From contig CAZLQM010000002.1 in NCBI GenBank assembly GCA_964561945.1, forward strand, positions 13,087-77,086: 64,000 nt of DNA, given 5' to 3'. The position numbers and the translations under genes are program-made. Below, piece after piece: positions 1 to 9,857 of this stretch; positions within the stretch are counted from its first letter, which is position 1; the number at the start of each line of letters is the position of its first letter. A model generated the notes under the pieces. The model was not told the DNA's origin and made no database searches. It saw nothing but the letters and a program-made list of their open reading frames with translations. This DNA comes from an uncultured Gammaproteobacteria bacterium (GTDB lineage Bacteria; Patescibacteriota; Microgenomatia; CAYXHB01).

Positions 1-515
1 CGCTCCCTTACCCGATCCTGATCAACTACTTCAGTTTCGCTCATACCTCTAACAGGCATATACAAACTCACCTTGTCATTCACCAATTGCATCAAGTCTT
101 TATCTCCTGTCACCACCACTACACTTTCAAATTGGTTACTTTCCACAGCTCTTACGCACAAAGTCCCAATCACATCATCCGCCTCAAACCCAGCCTTATC
201 CAAAACCACCATTTTCATTGCAGCCAACAACTCTCTTATCTTACCAAACTGCTCAATTAATTTCTCATCACTTGCAGGCCGGTTGGCTTGATAACCGATA
301 AATAATTCCTTACGAAATGTCGGTTCAGGTCGATCCAAGGCCACCACTACGTGAGTTGGCTCCAAATCTTGTATTGCCCTGACTAACATTCTTGCCACGC
401 CATACACCGCCCCAATCTGATTACCTTGTGCATCACTCAACTCAGGCATTGCATGATACGCTCGATGAATCAAAGCACTCCCATCCACCAACAATAACTT
501 ATTCTTATTTGCCAT
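1..515 (-). CDS. polA: DNA polymerase I N-terminal 5'-3' exonuclease domain (partial, runs off window start; not in ORF track)
   Basis: Manual translation MANKNKLLLVDGSALIHRAYHAMP...PTFRKELFIGYQANRP...GFEADDVIGTL...VTGDKDLMQLV gives the 5'-3' exonuclease motifs. It could alternatively be a stand-alone 5'-3' exonuclease. Confidence 0.85.
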   Translation of the reverse strand, partial: MANKNKLLLVDGSALIHRAYHAMPELSDAQGNQIGAVYGVARMLVRAIQDLEPTHVVVALDRPEPTFRKELFIGYQANRPASDEKLIEQFGKIRELLAAMKMVVLDKAGFEADDVIGTLCVRAVESNQFESVVVVTGDKDLMQLVNDKVSLYMPVRGMSETEVVDQDRVRE

Positions 516-535
516 CACTCAATTGTACCAAAGAT

Positions 536-2374
536 CTATTGCTCAACCTTAGGCCTCTCCTCCCCAATCAAAGTTGCAAACTCCTCGCCCTCCAAAGTCT
601 CAATTTCTAACAACTTATTCGCTATCAAATCTAACTTGTCTCGTTTATCCTTCAAAACAGCCACCGCTCGCTGATACGCCTTATCCAAAGACTTACCGAC
701 TTCCACATCTATCTTAGCCAACATTTCATCTGACACTGCTCCACGCTCCAACATCCCCTCATTTGGTCTTCCATAATACACTGGCCCCAACTTACTCATT
801 CCAAACATCATCACCATATTTCGAGCCACCATTGTAGCTCTCTGCAAATCACTCACAGCTCCACCAGTAAACTCGCTAAACACTACCTCTTCAGCAGCTC
901 TTCCACCCAACATCATCGCCATCGTATCTTCAAGTTGTGATTGAGTTTCATGCACACGATCACGCTCGGGATTAACCATCGTATACCCCAAAGCAATTCC
1001 TCGAGACACAATACTTATCCTGTGCACAGGATCAACGTGAGGCATATAAAAACTTACCAAAGCATGACCTGCTTCATGATATGCAGTCATTTTCTTCTCA
1101 AAATCAGTCTGCAATCGCCTCTTTTCTGGGCCCATCTTTACCTTAGTTGCAGCTTCTTCAATATCAGCAGGTGTAATTTCCTTCCGATCATTTTTAGCAG
1201 CTTGAATCGCAGCTTCATTCAACATGTTCTCAATATCAGCACCCGAAAACCCTACTGTTTGTCTTGCCACCCTAGTCCAATCTACATTACTCGCAAAAGG
1301 CTTACCTTTAGAATGAATTCCCAAAATATGTTTCCGACCGTCAACATCAGGTAATTCCAAATTCACTCTTCGATCAAATCGTCCAGGACGCAACAGCGCA
1401 CTATCCAATAGATCTCCCCTATTAGTAGCTGCCAACACAATCACATTATCATTGGGTGTAAATCCATCCATCTCAACTAGTATCTGATTCAGAGTTTGCT
1501 CTCTTTCATCATGGGCTCCGCTTGCAAACCCGCTACCTCTTTGTCTACCAATTGCATCAATTTCATCAATAAAAATAATTGCCGGAGCGTTCTTCTTAGC
1601 CGTCAAAAACAAATCCCTTACCCTACTTGCACCCACGCCCACTAACATTTCCATAAACTCAGAACCTGCCATCGAATAAAACGGCACACCCGCTTCCCCT
1701 GCCACAGCTCGAGCCAAAAGTGTCTTACCCACACCGCTTGGTCCGACTAACAACACACCCTTTGGGGTTCTTGCTCCAACCGCTTTGTATTTAGCTGGGT
1801 TTTTCAAAAAATCTACTACTTCCTCCAACTCATTTTTAGCTTCATCCACGCCCGCCACATCTACAAACTTCACACTCTGTTTACCTTTATCAAACAGTTT
1901 GGCTTTACTCTGACCAAAGCTAAACACAGAGTCTTGAGCTCCACGGGCTTGTCTAAACAAAAATAACAACAAGATCGCCATTCCTACAATCGGTAACAAC
2001 GAAAACAACAAATCACTCCAAATTTTAGACATCGAAGCATCTTTAATCTTGATCTGTGACGCCAATGGATCAATATCTGCATTCTTCAAGATCTCTGTCA
2101 CATTAGCAGTTCCTTCCTTACGCGCAACTCGTACATTTCCATCCTTATACGTCAAATTTAATAACTCACCATCCACCAAAACTTCCTCTACATTCCCCTC
2201 CTTAATGGCTCGCAAGGCCTCCGTCAAGGTTATTTCTTTATCTGCTGTTGGTTGTCTTACCAAACTCGCCAAAATTGGAAATCCAACCAAAAGCACCAAC
2301 AACCACACCAAAATACTTCGCAAATTGAACTTCATTTGCATCTTAACTTGTTTTTTAGAACTATTCTTAGCCAT
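536..2374 (-). CDS. ftsH: ATP-dependent zinc metalloprotease FtsH
   Basis: Two TM segments, Walker A GPSGVGKT, Walker [26 protein letters not shown] zinc motif. Confidence 0.98.
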   Translation of the reverse strand: MAKNSSKKQVKMQMKFNLRSILVWLLVLLVGFPILASLVRQPTADKEITLTEALRAIKEGNVEEVLVDGELLNLTYKDGNVRVARKEGTANVTEILKNADIDPLASQIKIKDASMSKIWSDLLFSLLPIVGMAILLLFLFRQARGAQDSVFSFGQSKAKLFDKGKQSVKFVDVAGVDEAKNELEEVVDFLKNPAKYKAVGARTPKGVLLVGPSGVGKTLLARAVAGEAGVPFYSMAGSEFMEMLVGVGASRVRDLFLTAKKNAPAIIFIDEIDAIGRQRGSGFASGAHDEREQTLNQILVEMDGFTPNDNVIVLAATNRGDLLDSALLRPGRFDRRVNLELPDVDGRKHILGIHSKGKPFASNVDWTRVARQTVGFSGADIENMLNEAAIQAAKNDRKEITPADIEEAATKVKMGPEKRRLQTDFEKKMTAYHEAGHALVSFYMPHVDPVHRISIVSRGIALGYTMVNPERDRVHETQSQLEDTMAMMLGGRAAEEVVFSEFTGGAVSDLQRATMVARNMVMMFGMSKLGPVYYGRPNEGMLERGAVSDEMLAKIDVEVGKSLDKAYQRAVAVLKDKRDKLDLIANKLLEIETLEGEEFATLIGEERPKVEQ

Positions 2375-2431
2375 AACTAGCTTTTATATAATATCACGCA
2401 AACACAATCAACCCTTTCCCAAATTTAACCC

Positions 2432-3238
2432 TCAATTAATTTCAGTTCCGCCCCATTCAATCACACTAAATCCAACGCGATCAAAAGGCTCCAATCTCTG
2501 CTCCTCAACATTAATCGGAACATTAAGTTGCTTTAAAACCATAAACACTCTCAATACAGAATCCGGTTCCGGAGTTATTTCTAAAACTGCTTTGTCATCA
2601 TATTCTTTCTTAGTCGCAAATCGTACGAAATTATATGAATTATCTTTCATCTTCGGCAACCAATACACAATAAATTCATTATATTCTCGAGGAGTTAAAC
2701 CCAAATACTCTAACTTATCCTGCAAAAAACTCGCGCTATCTTCGCCTCTAACCACAAATCCTTCATTCATATCATATTTTCGTTCACCTTCCCCTTCCCA
2801 ATACAAATAACTATATTCTCGATTATCAGCTAAATTAATTAACCTTCCATCTGGAAAAGCCTTTACTCTCCATCCCTCATTATATTCAGGGTAAGTTACA
2901 CTTAACTCCCCATCCAGTTTTAATTTTATTTGCACCTCTTGCTCTTGAATTGGATACAAATAAATTACTGGCTTCTCTGATGCAGGTCGTTCATTAAAAT
3001 TCCAAGATCCATCTATAACATCACTTTCCTCATTAACAATTACCATCGGATCCATAACTTCTTCATCTTCAAAAGAATCTTTCTCAAAAAATATTCCTGC
3101 CTTTCCAAGCATCCTACCAGACACAACTAAACCCAAAATTATTACTCCTAACATCAAAATCTTAACTATTAACAAATACTTACGCTCTTTCACACCCACG
3201 AATCTCTTCATACTAATTAATAATATACACCAATTCAC
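2432..3238 (-). CDS. Membrane-anchored conserved hypothetical protein (KPVIYLYP...EWGG family)
   Basis: N-terminal TM, then EKPVIYLYP, YSYLYWEG, EFIVYWLP and a terminal EWGG, a recognisable uncharacterised family. Confidence 0.75.
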   Translation of the reverse strand: MNWCILLISMKRFVGVKERKYLLIVKILMLGVIILGLVVSGRMLGKAGIFFEKDSFEDEEVMDPMVIVNEESDVIDGSWNFNERPASEKPVIYLYPIQEQEVQIKLKLDGELSVTYPEYNEGWRVKAFPDGRLINLADNREYSYLYWEGEGERKYDMNEGFVVRGEDSASFLQDKLEYLGLTPREYNEFIVYWLPKMKDNSYNFVRFATKKEYDDKAVLEITPEPDSVLRVFMVLKQLNVPINVEEQRLEPFDRVGFSVIEWGGTEIN

Positions 3239-3564
3239 CTCACCAACGCACCCATTGCTACTTCTTCAGGCACCTCCCACAGGATCGCTCTATCTTCATC
3301 ATCAAAGGCCATGATCATTCCGCAGCTTTCCTCACCCATCATCTGCCTTGGCTTCAGGTTATACACAAATCCAAATTTTTTATTTATCAAATCCTCAGGG
3401 CTATACCACTTCCGAATCCCACTAAAAATGGTCCTAACTTCATCTTCACCAAATCTGACTCTTAATCGAATTAATTTATCACTCTTCTCCACAATAATTG
3501 CCTCCTCAACCAATCCTGCGCGTATTTCTATTTTGGCAAAATCATCAATTATTATTTCTTCCAT
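3235..3564 (-). CDS. tRNA-binding OB-fold protein (Trbp111/CsaA/MetRS C-terminal-like)
   Basis: DDFAKIEIRAG, SDKLIRL, RTIFSGI, NLKPRQMMGEESCGMI. Start moved to ATG 3564 because TGT-TAAAAT lies 7 nt upstream. Confidence 0.88.
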   Translation of the reverse strand: MEEIIIDDFAKIEIRAGLVEEAIIVEKSDKLIRLRVRFGEDEVRTIFSGIRKWYSPEDLINKKFGFVYNLKPRQMMGEESCGMIMAFDDEDRAILWEVPEEVAMGALVR

Positions 3565-3590
3565 ATCCAGAATTTTAACATCTAATCCTA

Positions 3591-4664
3591 TTATTCCCCA
3601 CTCAAATCTCTTGCCAATCTCATCTCTTTCATTCGCAGACAAATCTCATTAACTTCTAATCTTCCTAAACACTCTTCAATTAATTGATTTGCAAACACAT
3701 CTCTTCTCAACTCACTTGCATAATAATTATAGTCATCTTTATGCCTGGCCAGTTCCTTCCTCAAACCAGCAGATTCCACAAACACAGGATCACTCGCACT
3801 ACCTACACTATAATTTTGAATATAAACCCGCCCATCATCATATCTAAATTTTACAAATCTTTCATTCTCCACATCCCCCTTACCTGCTCTTAACGCCACC
3901 TCAATTATTTGTCCATTAATTATTAACTCCAACTTAGCACTCACACCAAACCCCTTCCCAAAAGATTTATCAACATGAGACAAATCTGAAGCTTCGATCA
4001 ATTTCCAAGCTACACTCCCTCTGGTCCTTGCCCATGTTGAACCTATATCCAACAAGTGAAACCCCAAATCTAACTCAGGCCCAACCTCCAAGTATGGATG
4101 ACTTCCTTGTTTCCAAATCCGATCAATTACATACTGATAATACTCACTTCCCTCAATCAGGCTCATCTCAATTGATATAGGCAACTTACCTTGAGGTAAC
4201 TGCTCATACAATATGTCTGCTCTTCCATTGGCGTATTTCCCAGCCAAATGAAACTTAATTAATCCATCATCCATAACAAACTTTTTATACTTTTCCAAAT
4301 CTTGTGAGTTATCAGCATAAGGTTTTTCTACAAAAATCCGCATAGATAACTTTTTCTCTACTAAAGCCTCAATTATCCCTAATCTATCCCGAGGCGGAAT
4401 TACCAACGCTATTTCAATGTTCTCACTTTTAACCCATTTGCAAATCACATCCACCGTCTGAGCCACCCCACTTGTTCGCTCATAATCCCAATTTCCATTA
4501 CCTAGCTCTTCTAATACTTCATCTTTGGGTTCCAATCCCAAAATCCTCACAATCCGCACCAATCCTTCACGATTTGCCCTGGTCCAATATTTACCAACCA
4601 CCTGCCCCGCTCCTACCAATATAAAACTCAATGGCTCAAATTCAACCTTATCATCACCATACAT
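3591..4664 (-). CDS. Putative Gfo/Idh/MocA-like NAD(P)-dependent oxidoreductase
   Basis: N-terminal ILVGAGQVV Rossmann motif, FVEKPYA motif, LDLGFHLLD motif. Confidence 0.65.
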   Translation of the reverse strand: MYGDDKVEFEPLSFILVGAGQVVGKYWTRANREGLVRIVRILGLEPKDEVLEELGNGNWDYERTSGVAQTVDVICKWVKSENIEIALVIPPRDRLGIIEALVEKKLSMRIFVEKPYADNSQDLEKYKKFVMDDGLIKFHLAGKYANGRADILYEQLPQGKLPISIEMSLIEGSEYYQYVIDRIWKQGSHPYLEVGPELDLGFHLLDIGSTWARTRGSVAWKLIEASDLSHVDKSFGKGFGVSAKLELIINGQIIEVALRAGKGDVENERFVKFRYDDGRVYIQNYSVGSASDPVFVESAGLRKELARHKDDYNYYASELRRDVFANQLIEECLGRLEVNEICLRMKEMRLARDLSGE

Positions 4665-4683
4665 ATATCTTCATTATCAATGA

Positions 4684-4998
4684 TTATGATTCATCAAGAT
4701 AAAACTTAGTATCTCCCCTTGCATCAATCACATTATTAACTTCCAAATAACCCTGCGTGCTCGACTCAACTCCACATACAAATATTTCCGTCCTCTTAAT
4801 CATCTCACCTGCACGTCTATCGACTACAAAACCCCAAGGACCATTTCGATAATCTGTCATTGAGCCCTCATCTTTAGCAGATAAATTCCAGACCTCTCCA
4901 TCCCAGGGTTGGCGTACTACAACCTCAAAATTCGCATCAATACCACCCAATAATCGCGTTATAAAACCCGATTCCGGACTACTTCTAAACTTAGCCAT
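4684..4998 (-). CDS. Hypothetical protein
   Basis: ORF from MAKFRSS. The longer track ORF overlaps a tRNA, so it was trimmed. Confidence 0.5.
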   Translation of the reverse strand: MAKFRSSPESGFITRLLGGIDANFEVVVRQPWDGEVWNLSAKDEGSMTDYRNGPWGFVVDRRAGEMIKRTEIFVCGVESSTQGYLEVNNVIDARGDTKFYLDES

Positions 4999-5002
4999 AC
5001 CT

Positions 5003-5075
5003 TGGTTGCGGGGCCGGGAGTCGAACCCGGCCTGAGAGATTATGAGCCTCTCGTGCAGCCGTACACTACCCCGCA
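5003..5075 (-). tRNA. tRNA-Met(CAT), probably an atypical initiator
   Basis: TGCGGGG/CCCCGCA acceptor stem, AGAGG-CTCATAA-TCTCT anticodon arm, TTCGACT T-loop, encoded ACCA. Confidence 0.9.
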
Positions 5076-5141
5076 TGCAACGCAAATTGTAACACATGCT
5101 CTTCCTTACAGACTACAGCTTTGCTAGAATATCCCCAACAC

Positions 5142-5213
5142 GGCTACGTAGCTCAGGGGCAGAGCGGACGTTTCATAAGCGTCATGTCGGAAGTTCGAAT
5201 CTTCCCGTAGCCA
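5142..5213 (+). tRNA. tRNA-Met(CAT), elongator-like
   Basis: GGCTACG/CGTAGCC acceptor stem, GACGT-TTCATAA-GCGTC anticodon arm, TTCGAAT T-loop; CCA not encoded. Confidence 0.9.
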
Positions 5214-5218
5214 CAACA

Positions 5219-5515
5219 CTACTCCTGATCCTCCACCACCTTGGGCACATTCTCAGGCATAATCAACACTGTTTCGCCTTCTTTAACCATATTCAGCGTA
5301 TCTCTAGCTTGTTCCTCAATAAACTTATCAGTCTTGGCTTTTTCTACTTCCTTTTGCAATTTTACCCGTTCTCGACCCTCAGCTTTTACTCCCAACTCTA
5401 ATGCCTCAAGTGAATCATTAGCTTTTTTTTGAACCTCGATATTTCGCACCAGTAAAACTATAAGATAAATAAAAATCCCCAAAACTAATCCCAATTTAAT
5501 TAATTTTCTCTTCAT
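5219..5515 (-). CDS. Septum formation initiator (FtsB/DivIC family)
   Basis: Basic N-terminus, one TM, coiled coil, FIEEQARDTLNMVKEGE motif. Confidence 0.85.
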   Translation of the reverse strand: MKRKLIKLGLVLGIFIYLIVLLVRNIEVQKKANDSLEALELGVKAEGRERVKLQKEVEKAKTDKFIEEQARDTLNMVKEGETVLIMPENVPKVVEDQE

Positions 5516-5713
5516 AAACAAATTTTAACTAACATTATTATTACACATCACTTCCAATCAAATATATAAATTTTTATTCCAAATCATACATCTTGAATAT
5601 GCATAAACACTACTATATAAATAAATATCTTTTCATATAACTAATTTAATCCAATAAATTCTAACTTCAACTCATACTATTAAACTCAAAATCATTTTAG
5701 TACTAACCAACCC

Positions 5714-5742
5714 TTGCAAAATATTATAAGACTCTATATAAT
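5714..5742 (+). promoter_or_regulatory. Sigma70-type promoter of the Xer-like recombinase
   Basis: TTGCAA-17 nt-TATAAT about 40 nt upstream of ATG 5784. Confidence 0.6.
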
Positions 5743-5783
5743 CGGCAATTGCTTCACAAATAAGCAAACAACTCATTAAAACT

Positions 5784-6683
5784 ATGGATAAAAAAACCCA
5801 AAAACAACCCCAAGAATCTCTCCTTGAGCTTCAACAGGCCCACAAAGAATTCGTCAAACATCTCCAAGGACTTAATCGATCCACCTCTACTGTGCTTGCC
5901 TACGGCAAAGACATTGATCAACTAATCGAATTTGTCCTCAAAGAACACCAAATCAACCAAGCTGATAAAATCGAACCCCAACATCTCAATGCCTTCAAAG
6001 ATTTTCTCAATAGCACCGGATACACAGCCAAAAGTATCTCACGAAAAATTAATTCTATTAAAACTTTTTTCCGCTATCTCAAACAACAAACAGGCCTAGC
6101 TCTAAACCCCGCCGAAAACGTCAAACACCCCAAATACGAAACCAAAGCTCCTCGCATCCTCACCCAACTAGAATATCGAGCCCTTAGAGATGCGGCTCGT
6201 GGCGACATCCGTACCGCAGCCATCATCGAAATCTTGCTTCAAACAGGTATTCGCATCGGAGAGCTTTCACTCCTCAAACTCCAGCACTTACACAAAGATC
6301 AGCTTGAAGTTCCACCTTACGAATCTCAACCAGGTCGAACTGTTCCCCTAAATCAAGCAGCTCAAACTGCAATCGAAAATTGGCTCCAGATTCGTCCCAA
6401 TGGTAAACCTAACGACTATCTATTCGTCACCAAAAACAATCGTGCTCTCTTGGTTCGCAACATCCGCACTTCAATTAATCGATACTTCAGACTAGCAGGC
6501 ATCAAGGACGCCAAAGTCAACGACCTCCGCCACACTTGGATTGCAACTCACCTTGCCAACGGAGCTTCCCTCGTCTATATCTCCAGCCTTGCAGGCCACA
6601 AACGCCTTTCCACCACCGAAAAATACCTAAACTTCATCAAAGACAAATTCTCCTCCGCTTCTCACAAACTCCGCGAACTATAA
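5784..6683 (+). CDS. XerC/XerD-like tyrosine recombinase
   Basis: SAM-like N-domain (STVLAYGKDI, SISRKINSIKTFF), TGIRIGEL, LRHTW, LAGHKRLSTTEKY. Confidence 0.92.
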   Translation: MDKKTQKQPQESLLELQQAHKEFVKHLQGLNRSTSTVLAYGKDIDQLIEFVLKEHQINQADKIEPQHLNAFKDFLNSTGYTAKSISRKINSIKTFFRYLKQQTGLALNPAENVKHPKYETKAPRILTQLEYRALRDAARGDIRTAAIIEILLQTGIRIGELSLLKLQHLHKDQLEVPPYESQPGRTVPLNQAAQTAIENWLQIRPNGKPNDYLFVTKNNRALLVRNIRTSINRYFRLAGIKDAKVNDLRHTWIATHLANGASLVYISSLAGHKRLSTTEKYLNFIKDKFSSASHKLREL

Positions 6684-6686
6684 AAT

Positions 6687-7487
6687 ATGGGAGGCAAAGA
6701 CCATCGCCCCATTGCTTTTGAAATAGCTCGAGATATTTTAATCGAAACAAAACAAGGTCTAATTGAGGTACCTCCTCAATTCTCTACTACTGAAATTGCA
6801 GTTCTTATTCCTCCCAGGATTGACAATCAACTCTGTGACATCTGCTGGCAAATTCAATCCACCGCCCCAAACCAACCACACCAAACTACTCCCATAGCGT
6901 CTGGAAATGAGCAAGACATCGAACGCATTTTAGATACACATTGGCAATTAAATTATTCACACAGGATGCAAAAATGTCATAGATTTTTACAAGAACTTGA
7001 CCCACCCCATTCTCCCCAATTAGCACGCCAAGCCAATTTCCCACCATCTATTACAGCTCAAACTTCTCATTACCGAATAGCTACCCTAACCCCATCACAT
7101 GAGCTTAAAATCGAGCCACTCCAAGACCAATTAATAATTGATATCCAATGGGGCACTCTATCCCAAGATTTTCCCAACTCAATCATAGGACCAACTGAAC
7201 CCAACCTCCCATCAGACGAAAAACCCAATCTTCAATCCCGACTCCGAGCACTCAGCCCAAAAGCTAACTTTCACACCCCATTTCTTCCTCCTTTTTATAC
7301 TCATCAATCATTCCAAACATTTGCTCATGATTCAGATTCATTAAATCACCAAATAGAATCACTCAAAGAACCACATATCAGCATCTCTCATCTCCCCAAA
7401 GACGGTGATCCCACAACCAATACCCGAATAACTTTAACTTCTAATCTCACCCCGCTTAATCCCAAACCCCTCCACCATCGCCGTTAA
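6687..7487 (+). CDS. Hypothetical protein
   Basis: 266-aa ORF directly after the recombinase; no recognised motif. Confidence 0.5.
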   Translation: MGGKDHRPIAFEIARDILIETKQGLIEVPPQFSTTEIAVLIPPRIDNQLCDICWQIQSTAPNQPHQTTPIASGNEQDIERILDTHWQLNYSHRMQKCHRFLQELDPPHSPQLARQANFPPSITAQTSHYRIATLTPSHELKIEPLQDQLIIDIQWGTLSQDFPNSIIGPTEPNLPSDEKPNLQSRLRALSPKANFHTPFLPPFYTHQSFQTFAHDSDSLNHQIESLKEPHISISHLPKDGDPTTNTRITLTSNLTPLNPKPLHHRR

Positions 7488-7521
7488 CATTGTCACCAAT
7501 TAGAAATAGCCAATTAATACC

Positions 7522-7626
7522 AGATCCCTCGCTCCGCTCTGGATGATAAACAATTTCATATCAAGTCAAAAACCATCGCTGCAACTATCGTCATTCAGAG
7601 AATATCTTCCGGCATCCGAGAAATCT
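7522..7626. repeat. Degenerate REP-like palindromic element pair
   Basis: AGATCCCTCGCTCCGCTCTGGATGAT (7522-7547) and a decayed opposite-orientation copy GTCATTCAGAG...CGAGAAATCT (7590-7626). Confidence 0.4.
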
Positions 7627-7680
7627 CATTATTTAACAAATCTCTCAGTCTCCTTCTATAACATATTATTGTGTCCCCTC

Positions 7681-7924
7681 CCCAGATGGGAACAACCAAG
7701 ACATCTGACTTCATCCAAGATGAAATAACCTTCCCTTTAGCGGATCGAGTCAGTTGCAAAGCAACTCACACACAACATCAGCTCGTATCTCAGTGCCCCC
7801 AGCTGGGAACAACCAAGACATCTGACTTCATCCAAGATGAAATAACCTTCCCTTTAGCGGATCAAGTCAGTTGCAAAGCAACTCACACACGACATCAGCT
7901 CGTATCTCAGTGCCCCCAGATGGG
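7681..7924. repeat. 117-bp tandem repeat (2 copies plus partial) containing a degenerate tRNA-Ile 3' half
   Basis: Units at 7681-7797 and 7798-7914 differ at 3 positions. A third unit start, CCCAGATGGG, lies inside the tRNA. Confidence 0.95.
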
Positions 7925-7982
7925 TTCGAACCATCGACATCTGACTTATAAGATCAGCGCTCTGCCACTGAGCTATAGGGGC
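7911..7982 (-). tRNA. tRNA-Ile(TAT)
   Basis: GCCCCTA/TGGGGGC acceptor stem, GCTC-AGTGGCA-GAGC D arm, CTGAT-CTTATAA-GTCAG anticodon arm, GATGG-TTCGAAC-CCATC T arm. Confidence 0.93.
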
Positions 7983-8093
7983 AATGAACATATTTTAACA
8001 CTTACGTTTCCCATCACGAACCTGCCAAAACACTTGCCTCAGTTTAATACACGTTCACGAATTCAATGACCTTTTTGCGTCATTGCCACATTT

Positions 8094-8735
8094 CTAATCC
8101 CCATAATCCTCCGCAAACCCAAACTCTCCTGACTGATATAAAGCAGGATCCAAAAAACTAAAACCAGTAATCCCCCTCCTACTAATTTCATTTCGTAAAT
8201 CATCCCTCATTAAAGTCAGAAACACATCGTTGCAAACAAACATCGGTCTATGTTCAAAATTATCTAAATCTAATACCAAAATAGGAATTCCCTTATCAAA
8301 ATCCACCCATTTTGATTTTTGCTTATCCATTGCATCCAAATTCGGCTCCAAAAGATGGAAAACGTAATACTCCATATCTTTTAATTCATTTTCTCCCTTG
8401 TCGACCATACGAACTGGGAAAGTTTCAAACTTAACTCCAAATTCACGAACTAAATCAACCAATCTCTTAGAAAACAAACTAAATCCAGTATACGTAGCAT
8501 AATTATCCACAAGTCTATGCTTAGGATTTACCATAAACGTTAATTTCAAATCCACACCATATGGTTTAGTTTGACGTGGACTCTGAATAAAAACTCGGTC
8601 CTCTCCTTCACCACAATAATACTGCCTCTCATCTCTACCTGTTGGAGTCATCAATTTTGCTACAATTTCGCTTTTACCATGCAAATATATCCTTGTCCGA
8701 CAAATCCAATAACCTCTTTCCACCAACTCATCCAT
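8094..8735 (-). CDS. Imm11/DUF1629-like immunity protein
   Basis: LFSKRLVDLV...FETFPVRMVD...YYVFHLLE..LDAMD...GITGFSF pattern typical of Imm11. Confidence 0.6.
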   Translation of the reverse strand: MDELVERGYWICRTRIYLHGKSEIVAKLMTPTGRDERQYYCGEGEDRVFIQSPRQTKPYGVDLKLTFMVNPKHRLVDNYATYTGFSLFSKRLVDLVREFGVKFETFPVRMVDKGENELKDMEYYVFHLLEPNLDAMDKQKSKWVDFDKGIPILVLDLDNFEHRPMFVCNDVFLTLMRDDLRNEISRRGITGFSFLDPALYQSGEFGFAEDYGD

Positions 8736-8795
8736 GACTCAACTTTATCATAACCACAAATCAAAATCTAAAATAAAAACTCTTCACACCAAACG

Positions 8796-9845
8796 CTATT
8801 CCCCACTCGTCTTGGGATCCTTATCGTTTTCTATACCTTCTTTTTTATCCAATCTTCCAACCAATTCAGGCAAAATCTCCTGACAATTTCCCAGTACAAG
8901 CCCATCCTCATTTCCCAAAAAATTTGGGGTTTCTTTATTCACCGATATAATCTGCACATCTCTGTTGTGTTCTTTAAAATATTCTAGAATCGCCCGATCA
9001 TCATGACTCAGTCCCACCACTAATATCATCTTCGTTCCTGGCGTTCGCAAGATTACTTGCCCAAATGCAGCTGCATCACTATCCATATGTGTAACCTTCA
9101 ATCGACTCCCATCAGCTTCATGTTTCAAATCAATATTCTCCGTCATCACCAAAGTCCCAGGTTTTTGACGCACGAGTTCTGCAATCGCTTTATGTGCTTC
9201 TGTAGATTCATCCGCGAACAACTGATCTCCAAATTCCCGGACCCTATCGAGCAATTCCTCAGGATTATCACGGAAAATCTCACCAAAATTTTTTCCTTCA
9301 CCATTTCCGGCTAAACCCAACTGCAACTGTAATTCTCCCATTCCCCAGACTGGTTTTTCACCGGACATAGAAATTCCCGCCCCTGTGTACACCACAATTT
9401 CCTCACCCCGCAGTTTCCCCAACTTCTCAGCCAGTTCCTTAACAATTATCTGCTTGACTTCCTTCTGATCTTCAATCTTTCGTGGCTTCAAGCCATCAAT
9501 ACAATAACTTCCCGCTTCCTGGGATCCTTGCTTAGCATCTCCTCCTTGATCCTCTGGCAGACTTTCCCTTCTGGGAAAACTTACGACCAACCCTTCTTCA
9601 GAGATTTCATACTTTTCATCAAATCCCAAACCTCTCGCATCTACCGCAATTGTCATCCCCACCTGCCCCTTTCCATCATTAACTTCAAAAAAACAATTTT
9701 CTCCTGTAGCCTTATTTCCAAAATTAAACCTGCAATATCTAGGCAACTGACCAAACTCTTCCTGACTAATCTCTTTAGTCATAGGAAACAGCAACTCTCC
9801 TGCCTTACTTTGATTAACCGAACTTTCAACTTTACCGTCTTCCAT
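8796..9845 (-). CDS. Sir2/sirtuin-domain protein with unknown N-terminal domain
   Basis: IVVYTGAGISM, HKAIAEL, TENIDLKHE, ILVVGLS, GNCQEILPEL. Confidence 0.8.
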   Translation of the reverse strand: MEDGKVESSVNQSKAGELLFPMTKEISQEEFGQLPRYCRFNFGNKATGENCFFEVNDGKGQVGMTIAVDARGLGFDEKYEISEEGLVVSFPRRESLPEDQGGDAKQGSQEAGSYCIDGLKPRKIEDQKEVKQIIVKELAEKLGKLRGEEIVVYTGAGISMSGEKPVWGMGELQLQLGLAGNGEGKNFGEIFRDNPEELLDRVREFGDQLFADESTEAHKAIAELVRQKPGTLVMTENIDLKHEADGSRLKVTHMDSDAAAFGQVILRTPGTKMILVVGLSHDDRAILEYFKEHNRDVQIISVNKETPNFLGNEDGLVLGNCQEILPELVGRLDKKEGIENDKDPKTSGE

Positions 9846-9857
9846 ATCACCATATTA

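Noticed and set aside
5520-5780. dif site or replication origin near the Xer-like gene
   Set aside because: AT-rich, but no convincing 28-bp dif match or DnaA-box cluster, and the backbone skew does not switch.
7681-7914. CRISPR array
   Set aside because: Units are near-identical over the whole 117 bp with no unique spacers, and there are no cas genes in the window.
7671-8069. 132-aa ORF with internal repeat
   Set aside because: It is a translation of the tandem repeat and runs antisense through the tRNA-Ile.
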